A stretch of 21,913 nt of DNA from Neoechinorhynchus agilis (taxonomy: Eukaryota > Animalia > Acanthocephala): the NCBI GenBank assembly GCA_051530055.1, contig JBMGUZ010000046.1, positions 1 to 21,913 on the forward strand, given 5' to 3'. This document shows, in pieces, positions 10,127 to 20,200 of the stretch. The notes beneath the pieces are model-generated. The model was not told the origin of the DNA. It did not search any database and saw nothing but the letters and a program-made list of their open reading frames with translations. The position numbers and the translations under genes are program-made. How positions within the stretch are numbered: the stretch's first letter is position 1; each line of letters starts with the position of its first letter.

Positions 10127-12912
10127 AGGCCGCACATTGATACTTAATAAAAACGTTACTGGCGGGTCAATCTTCAAAAAAACAGAAAAAATTCAATGGC
10201 CTTGAATTAACAAATCAAAACTGGCAGAGTTTGTATATTCCGTAGTTGTGTCGAGGTGGTCAAGTGGACTAACGCCCATGGTCCCGATTATTGGTTAACT
10301 GGTTAGAATCCGTTACCTCCAATGACGCCCAACCAAAGAGGGGGCGAAATACCTCAATGAAGGGAGGAAACTTATTGATGAACCTCGCTTCCTGGAGGTA
10401 TCTGAGGATCAGGAGGAATGCACAAACTCTTTACCGTATGCATCAGAGTCTAAGTGATTCAATCACTTCTCTGATGCAGGAGATCGGCGGGCTGTGTGTC
10501 CAAGGAAAATTATCAGCCGTGGAAAAAGGCCGCACATTGATACATAATAAAAGTTACTGGCTGGTAATCTTCAAAAAACAGAAAAATCAATGGCCTTGAA
10601 TTAACAAATCAAAACTGGCTGAGTTTGTACATTCCGTAGTTGTGTCGAGGTGGTCAATGGACTAATGCCCTGTCCTTTGGTCAACTGGTTAGAATCCGTT
10701 ACCTCCAATGACGCCCAACCAAAGAGGGGGCGAAATACCGCTGAATGAGGAAACTCACTGATGAGTCCCGCCTCCTGGAGACAGGGATTTGCAAACTCTT
10801 TACCGTACAGGTTTTATGCGCTTCCCTGCGCCAGATCGGTGAGCTGTGTGCCCAAGGAAAATTATCAGCCGTGGAAAAAGGCCGCACATTGATACATAAT
10901 AAAAGTTACTGGCTGGTTAATCTTCAAAAAAACAGAAAAAATTCAATGGCCTTGAATTAACAAATCAAAACTGGCAGAGTTTGTATATTCCGTAGTTGTG
11001 TCGAGGTGGTCAAGTGGACTAATGCCCTTGATCCCAATTGATGGTCATCTGGTTAGAATCCGTTACCTCCAATGACGCCCAACCAAAGAGGGGGCGAAAT
11101 ACCTCAATGAAGGGAGGAAACTTATTGATGAACCTCGCTTCCTGGAGGTATCTGAGGATCAGGAGGAATGCACAAACTCTTTACCGTATGCATCAGAGTC
11201 TAAGTGATTCAATCACTTCTCTGATGCAGGAGATCGGCGGGCTGTGTGTCCAAGGAAAATTATCAGCCGTGGAAAAAGGCCGCACATTGATACATAATAA
11301 AAGTTACTGGCTGGTCAATCTTCAAAGAAACAGAAAAAATTCAATGGCCTTGAATTAACAAATCAAAACTGGCTGAGTTTGTACATTCCGTAGTTGTGTC
11401 GAGGTGGTCAAGTGGACTAATGCCCTTGATCCCAGTTGATGGTCATCTGGTTAGAATCCGTTACCTCCAATGACGCCCAACCAAAGAGGGGGCGAAATAC
11501 CTCAATGAAGGGAGGAAACTTATTGATGAACCTCGCTTCCTGGAGGTATCTGAGGATCAGGAGGAATGCACAAACTCTTAGTGCATCAGAGTCTAAGTGA
11601 TTCAATCACTTCTCTGATGCAGGAGATCGGCGGGCTGTGTGTCCAAGGAAAATTATCAGCCGTGGAAAAAGGCCGCACATTGATACATAATACTGGCTGT
11701 AATCAAAAAAAGAAAAAATCAATGGCCTTGAATTAACAAATCAAAACTGAGTTTGTACATTCCGTAGTTGTGTCGAGGTGGTCAATGGACAAGCCGTCCT
11801 GGTACTGGTTAATCCGTTACCCCAATGACCCAACCAAAGGGAAAGTTACTGGTAATCTTCAAAACAGAAAAAATTCAATGGCCTTGAATTAACAAATCAA
11901 AACTGGCAGAGTTTGTAATTCCAGTTGTGTCGAGGTCAAGTGGACTAATGTCCTTGATCCCTTGATGGTCATCTGGTTAGAATCCGTTACCTCCAATGAC
12001 GCCCAACCAAAGAGGGGGCGAAATACCTCAATGAAGGGAGGAAACTTATTGATGAACCTCGCTTCCTGGAGGTATCTGAGGATCAGGAGGAATGCACAAA
12101 CTCTTTACCGTATGCATCAGAGTCTAAGTGATTCAATCACTTCTCTGATGCAGGAGATCGGCGGGCTGTGTGTCCAAGGAAAATTATCAGCCGTGGAAAA
12201 AGGCCGCACATTGATACATAATAAAAGTTACTGGCTGGTAATCTTCAAAGAAACAGAAAAAATCAATGGCCTTGAATTAACAAATCAAAACTGGCTGAGT
12301 TTGTACATTCCGTAGTTGTGTCGAGGTGGTCAATGGACTAATGCCTTGATCCCTTGATGGTCACTGGTTAGAATCCGTTACCTCCAATGACGCCCAACCA
12401 AAGAGGGGCGAAATACCCTGAAGAGAAACTAGATGCGCTCCTGGAGACAGGGATGCAAACTCTACCGTACAGGTATGCCTTCCTGGCAGATCGGGGCGTG
12501 CCAAAAATTACAGCCGTGAAAAAGGCCGCACATTATACATAATAAAAGTTACTGGCTGGTTAATCTTCGAAAAAAACAGAAAAAATTCAATGGCCTTGAA
12601 TTAACAAATCAAAACTGGCAGAGTTTGTATATTCCGTAGTTGTGTCGAGATGGTCAAATGGACTAATGCCCTTGATCCCAAATGATGGTCAACTGGTTAG
12701 AATCCGTTACCTCCAATGACGCCCAACCAAAGAGGGGGCGAAATACCGCTGAATGAGGAAACTCTCTGATGATTCCCGCCTCCTGGAGACAGGGATTTGC
12801 AAACTCTTTACCGTACAGGTTTTATGCGCTTCCTTGAGCCAGATCGGTGGGCTGTGTGTCCAAGGAAAATTGTCAGCCGTGGAAAAATGCCGCGCATTGA
12901 TACTTAATAATA
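10127..12912 (+). repeat. Tandem array of about 8 units (350-400 bp) of two types, order A-B-A-A-truncated-A-B-B plus a partial ninth start
   Basis: Unit starts (AGGCCGCACATT) at 10127, 10527, 10879, 11277, 11670, 12201 and 12523, a 5'-clipped unit at about 11842, and a variant start at 12887. Confidence 0.95.
10250..10321 (+). promoter_or_regulatory. tRNA-like internal Pol III promoter (A and B boxes), repeated in each array unit
   Basis: A-box-like TGGTCAAGTGG at 10257-10267 and B-box-like GGTTAGAATCC at 10301-10311, 44 nt apart as in tRNA positions 8 and 52. The cloverleaf stems do not pair properly, so this is not called a tRNA. Confidence 0.5.
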
Positions 12913-13019
12913 AATTTTATTTTGAGATTCGGATGTGATGGATTGCCTGAGGTCGTCTCCGGAAAGAGATTACTTTGAAAAGTTCGTTCTATTATTCCAG
13001 AACTAACGAGTTAACCGAA

Positions 13020-13420
13020 CGTTTCTTTGGGACAGTAAAAAGCCGAACAGGTTTTGGTGAGGGCAGTTTCGCAAACGATGTTAGACCGACGAATTCCTAC
13101 GTTGTTTAATTATGCAGCTAGCAATATAAAATTCGCCACCATTAAACCAGGAAGATCAGCAACCGTCGCTGAGAAACGCAAGAGGACAAAATACATTGAC
13201 TTTTGTCGAAATCATTATTTTGTTCCCTTTGGTGTCGAGGCATTCGGGTCGTTTTTATACCCCAACGCGGGACCTGGTCAAGCAATTGTCCAAGAGATTG
13301 AGACGTATCACTGGCGATCAGAGGGCAGGAGCATTCCTCCTACAAAACACGGGGGAACGCTGCATCCGTCCTTTCGACCGTTACACCAGGAAGGCAGCTG
13401 AGTGATCCAGAGCGGTGGTG
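13020..13420 (+). mobile_element. 3' fragment of a CRE-clade retrotransposon (end of RLE domain)
   Basis: AASN..PGRSATVAEKRKRTKYIDFCRNHYFVPFGVEAFGS, then LVKQLSKRLRRITGDQRAGAFLLQ; homologous by eye to 21195-21470. Confidence 0.8.
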
Positions 13421-13963
13421 TGAATGATTTCATGTTTGAAAAAAGTGAAGTTATTAAAAACTACGAACATCAAAAGGAAATGTTCGACATGACAAGAAAA
13501 TAAGAACGTTTGATATCGAGAGAAAGTCATCGTAGAAAATAAGAAAGGTCCCAGTGACCCATAGGATGAATACGACCCAGAGCACCAAGAAAGCTTAAGC
13601 AGATCACTTGAGGATGAGAGAGACCGAGGAGCCAAGTGATATTTTGGGACAGCCCACTGAGATCCAGGAGTTTTGGACGGATTAACGAACAGCGACCACT
13701 AGGGAACTAGAGGATAATTTGTGTATGGCAGGAGAGCCAATCGAAACAGATAAGGAAGCACGGGGGATCACTATGAAACCAAAAGTTAGGACAAAGATGA
13801 AGATGCCACAGTTGGATCGATACAAAGTGGGAGATTACGGTCGAAACTTATTAGGCCGTAAGACCTTTACTTCAGAGGGAAAAGAAAGTGGATCACGGAG
13901 GAGGACGGCACTGTAAAATCATGACAAAACTAATAATATCACGATTTATTAATAAACAAATAG

Positions 13964-13989
13964 GAGGACCCATCTATCCATGGGTCCTC
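13964..13989. repeat. Perfect 10-bp inverted repeat GAGGACCCAT-ctatcc-ATGGGTCCTC
   Basis: Read directly; function unknown. Confidence 0.85.
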
Positions 13990-15269
13990 ATTAGGGGGAT
14001 AAACATAAAGTTAGCTCAAAACGGCTATAGGGATCGGTAAATTCAGAGGCTTCAACGCCGAGCGGAATAGGTTGGCGGACGTTCGCGGGAAAAGGAAAAG
14101 AAATCCACGAGTGACATTAGGAGGCTTTTAAAAGAGACAGATCTGGAGGTTCGATTGGTCCACAGGAGTGCTCCAACATTACGCTGAATCCTAGCAAGAA
14201 CAGTCCACGACGAGGAAGCGCCACTTTGCACGATTTGTCGTTTATGAGACAAAAAGATCCGGGTCGTTTACATTGCAAAGGACGGAGATGTTTCTCCAGT
14301 TACGTTTTTGTGAGCACGTTCGTAACGCATTGAACCCAAACGCGGCCTTAAGGTTCCACCGACGAGGTCAAGGAGTAAAGATTTCGACGACCGTGAAGTA
14401 GCAAGCGGGAAACCCATTGGAACTTTCGCTTACGAAAGCTTTGGTCATCTCGAAAGGTGTGAAAAGTGGGACTAATGGCAGTAGGGAGGAGACGACCAAC
14501 ATACGACGCGTTAGGGTTTTAAATCAATGGGACGAAATAGCCTCCCCCAATGATTTTATTGTTATAGTTGAACCATGAGAAGTAAAACTCCGAAATATTG
14601 ATCCGAAATAAACATTTGTTTCAATCAAAAAAACTTACGATTGAGAAATCTGTCGACAATTCACCAAATGATTATAGTATTTCGCGAAAGAGACTTTTAA
14701 TCAAGCTAAAATCTGATCATGACTTAGGATCGTTGATTTTTACAAAATCTAACAGAGTGCTTTGTATAGATTTGGCCTACTAAAGCTCTCGACTTGTAAA
14801 TAATACCTCTTACCAAATATTCTTTCTAAACTCTTAAGATTAAGACTAACTTCCACATCTATGATAAATACAATAAAGGCAGGAACATTTGTTTCTTTGG
14901 CTGTATTCTAAAACCACTTGACAGTCTCATACCCGGAATGAAGAATTTGCTGATATCTTTTTTGCTAAGAATCATGTCAGGCAAAATAGTATTTTAGAGA
15001 GAGAGAACTGTGCGCTTTATGGCAATGAACTTTTCATAACTTTAAAATCGTCATCATCAACTGGAAAACCTATACAACATAGTGAGAACTTACAAAATTG
15101 GATAATCCCCATAATCTCAGGACTGGACAATAAAGCCAAACGAATGATAACTATCTACAACCGATCAAGCTTTGTTACGTTTCCTTTTTTCTTTTATTTC
15201 TAAAGTGACTAAAAATTTATTTTGGCTCTAGAAACACTTTTTTAAGATCAATCTTCATTTCTCGACAAT

Positions 15270-15395
15270 TAACACATTCACCACCTCCCGCCGAATTCCA
15301 GCTTTTGTCCTTCCTCGACCGTCGCCATCACGCTGGCAGCATTGCCCCGTTGTACTGCTAGCGAGATATTTTGTCGAAGGAATACGCCTGCTTCG
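15270..15395 (-). mobile_element. Short 3'-terminal CRE fragment
   Basis: Reverse complement reads AGVFLRQNISLAVQRGNAASVMATVEEGQKLEFGGRW*, then GGTGGTGAAT. Closely similar to 21350-21470 and abutted by a G9 run. Confidence 0.85.
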
Positions 15396-16448
15396 GGGGG
15401 GGGATTAGTGCCTATCGGAGATTTGAGTTCGGTTCCTAGTCAGGGCGCTATCCTAGTCTACCCGAACTTCAAGTCTTCGGCTAGGAGAGAGAGTCTTTCT
15501 CTCAGTTCTTCGTATCCCAATGTACAAGAGTGTTTGGATGCCAGTGTGAATAGTGGTAACAAATCCGGCATGATCGAATCGGTGAATTATGTTCGTGTAA
15601 ATGGTGTGAAACCGATTGGTTACTTGAGCGATAGGAACCCAGTGGCCGCGTGCGCGTTCATAATGTGCTCGATATGTCGAAGGTTCAACGCCACCGGTCG
15701 CTGGGTTCCACGGGTGCTGAAAATGGTGAGATTAAGGTTTGAGGTCGCCCATCGGCTTCCTTCGAGTGCGGCTAAGCGCCTCCGTTGTGTGCAAGTTAGC
15801 CGAAAGGCTCCAAAAGGAATATAGCCGAAGCTATCAAAGAAGATGTCGCAAGACCAATGAAACTTGTGCGACTTACCGAATCCTACGTTACATCTAAGTC
15901 GTATACCCGGTCCGGGTGGGGGAGACCATCAGTCCTTGTTGCTAACACGCTTCTCCCATCTCCGTAGTGATGACGCGCCTCAGAATGAATCAAAGGAAAA
16001 AAGTAGTGGGCAGAGTAAAGCGCGTGGCACTAAGGCGGCGTTCACGTAAGAGACCACTGGCGTACGCGGGCCAAAATCTTCTAAACAGGCGGTGCCTTCG
16101 ATAGAGACCACTATCGAGCACGAGCCGACCATATCTTCTAGTCAGCAACCGAGAGTCCATTTTGTTGATTGTGTGAATAAGTTTGCTTCCGAAGTTGGAC
16201 CCGCTTGCGTTGACGAAGCGATTTCTTTATCGTGTCGGACTTCCGTCGCCGGGTCCGCGAATTCACAGGCCAATGTGCCATTATCTACCAGTGAACCACA
16301 CAATTGGAGCATTCTCAGAGTTTGCTCATTTGCCACCAGCGATCAGAGAAAGTTGATCGAGTCTGCTTTAGCCATTGTCTCTAGGTACCCGAAGAAGGTT
16401 TACGGTAGCGAAACACTATTATGGTTGGCCCAAACATATTGGAAATGA
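15396..16448 (+). pseudogene. GC-richer degenerate reading frame of unknown, probably mobile-element, origin
   Basis: ORFs 15342..15824, 15864..16049 and 16092..16448 share one frame with only three stops. No family motif was recognised and the coding strand is uncertain. Confidence 0.3.
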
Positions 16449-16884
16449 TGGCTGTGGGCATTACGTTCAAAAACTCCAGAAACTCCTGATGCTCCAGAGT
16501 GGATACTCAATTAAAGTAGACGTAGAATAGATAGAAATTTACATCGGGAACTGTCTTCTGAGCGATGGCCGCTTTGAGACCAATGCAAATGAAGGATTTC
16601 ATGATCATCAAAGAAAAGTGTCCATTATGGGAACGATCTCTACACAATCTATCTTTTAATGGTTGACGATTTATTAATGATAGCAATGTTGATCGGTCAC
16701 CGACTTGCCGTCAATTTTCGTAACTCCCTGCAACTCTTTAACATTCCAGAGGTGAAATCGAGACAAAGAACGATGATCATTCAACTTTGGATGCCACTCA
16801 CCTAACGGTTGAGGAATCAATACAGTATATAAAGTAGGAGTTAGATTACTATCATCACTCTTTGAACAGTACAGTTCAAGTTCC

Positions 16885-17003
16885 AGATCTCGCTCGCGGT
16901 ACAACGAGGCAATGCTGCCAGCGTGATAGCGACAGCCAAAGAAGGAGAGAAGCTAAGATTTTTGTGGACGGTGGTGATTGCACGTTTTGCACATTATTAT
17001 TAG
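16885..17003 (+). mobile_element. Short 3'-terminal CRE fragment
   Basis: ISLAVQRGNAASVIATAKEGEKL, then GGTGGTGATTGCACGTTTTG..TTATTATT, matching 21374-21487. Confidence 0.85.
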
Positions 17004-17206
17004 ATTGCAGTTGTGTTTTTTATTTATTTGAAAAACTTACAATCAATAGACTAAAGAAGGACTACGCGAAGGCCGAAAATTATCAAATAAATCAATTATT
17101 ATAATTCGCTATAAAAAAGTAATGAAGACGAATGCTTGAGATGTGAAGTAAATAAAAATAAGAAAAAAAGCATTATTCTAATTTAAACAATCAAAATTGA
17201 TGAGAT

Positions 17207-20200
17207 TTATTCGAACACAGTGGCAAATCGAATTTCAGACTGATTTTGCTTTCGATTTCGCCGTCTTGGGGCTAACTGACGTCTTGCCACCTTCGCTTGT
17301 CTCTTTCTTTGCTCTTTTAGCTTCTCCCTTCGAATATTTTGTTTTATAACACCCGGATATGCAGATTTATGTTCCCTTTCTTCATCAGATGACGACTCAT
17401 TTTCCTCCTCCTCATCTAAGACGAAATCTTCATTATCGCTTTTACCGTTATCACTACTTTCTCCATCCACCTCACTCTCATCGGTTTCATCGTCTTTACT
17501 TAAACACCAACGATCCGCTCTTTTTAACTTCTCAATATCGCTATAATTCTTATCTACAACTCCTTTATATCCGCTCACTTTTAATTCTTTGTCTAGATTG
17601 CATGTGGATTCTGGTTGGCACAAATAAACTTAAAAATAGTCGCGATCATAAATATCTAATGTTAATTTGAAACAATGATTGCGTGTGGCAACAATAACTT
17701 AAGAGTTATATCATTCCGCATGCAAAATGACATTCAAGTAAGAGAAGTCTAGGTAACTAATGGAAGAAATCCTCCGTTTGATCTAATCAGAAGTCACATG
17801 AGTACGCTTTTCGTTCAATTTCATTGAGTGCTGGATACTCAGGTAGAAGTGCGAATCGTTTTTGAAAAAATGAACAAACGCCATCCATATCTCGCCGGTA
17901 ATAATAATCAGCATCAGGATGATTTATACTGACCATTTGTGGGAAATCAATAATCACTGGTTCCCAGCCTTCGACTTTATCTTCTACGCAAATCACGTTA
18001 AACTCATTTAAATCGCAGTGGATAAGTCCGCTTTCCGCCAATTGCGTACCCGCTTTCAATATCTTCTCGCAAAGATCCTCTGCCTGTTCATCATTCAAAG
18101 CTTCAGCTTTTAAATCACAGAGCATGAGACCTTCTGTGTATTCCATTACGACTGCAGAACGGTTCCAACCGATCGGTTTTGGAACTCTAAGACCATTCGT
18201 GTACAATTCGTTCAGAAAATCGAATTCATTTTTGGCTGAAAGTCTGCTCAAGTAGATCCACGATGAAGCATGGCGATGTTTTAGATAATCTCGATTGCGT
18301 TTCAGGCTTCTAAAACATGTCCGGCCAAGGCAATGGATCTTTACGACGCATTCCAAGTTGGTCTGGGAAGATTCGCACATAAAAGGTCGTAATGATTCTT
18401 GCTATTTTAAAGAAATATCAGTGGTGTTAATGTCTTTCAAACCAAAATAATGCAAGAGTTCAATAAGAATTCCTATTGTAGGAAGGAAATAAAGTGAATG
18501 GAATACCATGGATGATAATAAAATCATCATTTTAGGATTTACAAATTTGAAATTCACATGCGATAATTTCGATTGAACAATGTGTGTTCAACGGCTGTCC
18601 AAACATTACAGGAATGCAAATAATAAATATTGATTTATTGTTCTCAATATTTCGTCCGTCTCGTCACGAAAAACAGTTTTATAACTTTCACTTTTATCTC
18701 GAAACAATTTGCAACCTGAAGAAGTCAGAAGAGACGGAAGGAAATATTAAGAACAATAAATCAATATTCTTCTCATCACCAAATTACAGGAATTATGGTG
18801 ATGGAGTGCAACGATGTGGTTCAAAAACGAATTTATTTTATCTCTAAAAAAGAGTCGTATCAACGGTCCTAGAGGTAGTCGACATAGACGAAAGTGAACA
18901 CAACAGTAGTAGGGAAGATCTCGAATACTATTCCATGGATAGAGGAAGATTTACCTGGTCAATCAACAGCAATGTCTGGTGAAAATACCAACAGAAAAGT
19001 ATGGAAACAACCTCGAAAACAGAACATGAATAAAAGTTTGAAACCATGTAATAACTTTTATTGCAGCAACGAGAATTTTAGGGCAAAATAAAACAAATCG
19101 GTGCGACAAGTTAGTTTTTTTATTATTAATTTCACCTGCAACATTCTACGGAAAAGCCGAAGAAAAATAAATGCTAAATACACTTTCTTTGATAATCTTT
19201 TTTCACTACGATTAATTCTTCGATTTAATAGCAGCAATAATCTTTTAGTAAGACCGAAAAATGAATGAAATTATGTTTTAATTTTAATTTGACCAACAAT
19301 AAGCCCTAGAGTTTATTCATTTGCCCAGCTTTCGCCGTTTTACGGCTTCAACTGGACAATTGTTAAAGTGTTTTATTCGCGTTTAAATGTCAAAAATAAA
19401 ACACTTTAACAATTGTCCAATTGAAGCCGTAAAACGGCGAAAGCTGGGCAAATGAATAAACTCTAGGGCTTATTGTTGGTCAAATTAAATTAAAATTAAG
19501 ACATGGGCCTGGAAAATCAAGCAGCGCCTGGAAAATCAAGCAACGATTCACAATCAAGCAGCGATTCATGCAATAATATAATGAAATTATGAAGAAAAAA
19601 AGAATTATGGGATCAAACATTATACGTTGGTCTGGCAACTTTTAAATTCTACTGTAGATATTCCTTTTTTGCATGGCGAGATTCGGTCAAGGCGAAATAA
19701 AATGATTTAATTTCAATGTAATGAACTTACAATTCTGAATAAGTCCATAAATATTAAATTCAATATTCTTCTCCTTGACCAGTAAGATTTGCGTTGAAAT
19801 AAATCCAAAGGAAATTGCTTTTTGATAATCGGGACTAAAAACATCACTAGAAATGAGCATTTCATTGATATTTACGATCAGAGTGGGAAAGCAGCGGATA
19901 CTACGACCTCATAAAAACGTTTGATTCCTTTCCGCATCCGATTTGAGCGCCAATCGATGTAATGATGGATTTTGCCGATAGGGAGTATAAAGCGAGAGTA
20001 TCGTATCCAGTGAAAGTTAATCGGTATCCAATAACCTTTGATTTGTTTGTATAGCAAACTAATTTCAGTTTAAGCAGTTCACCGAGTAATCGATGGACAC
20101 CTCCACCTCTAAGACGAGAAAGCGTACTAATCAATTCGATTGGAACGTATTGGTGATTACGAAGGCCCATTTCAATACCAAGTAAGACTCGATAAAGCTC

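Noticed and set aside
10250-10321. Functional tRNA gene (Leu/Ser-like D-loop) in each array unit
   Set aside because: Acceptor, D and anticodon stems do not pair consistently, the B box has A instead of C56, and the would-be anticodon loop varies between units.
10270-10355. 5S rRNA (GCCC..GATC, CTGGTTAG, GAC-GCC..GAAATACC resemble it)
   Set aside because: The AGCTAAGC box A is missing, large gaps are needed, and the 5S terminal helix is absent.
10127-12912. CRISPR array, or ORFs 10291..10599, 11038..11358 and 11962..12315 as real genes
   Set aside because: Units are near-identical 350-400-bp repeats without unique spacers or cas genes in a eukaryotic context. The ORFs are by-products of the repeat, and A and B types shift frame relative to each other. 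A PPR-like look of GGLCVQGKL is too short to trust.
13430-13916. LTR-retrotransposon gag remnant (KMKMPQLDRY)
   Set aside because: One weak motif, no zinc knuckle, no LTR pair or primer-binding site found.
14052-14520. Second recombinase-like remnant (RRGLFLLGFSVML on the minus strand)
   Set aside because: Single short motif in a stop-riddled frame.
14560-14960. Decayed host-like gene on the minus strand (PAFIVFIIDVEVSLNLKSLERIF)
   Set aside because: Several stops and no family I can name with confidence.
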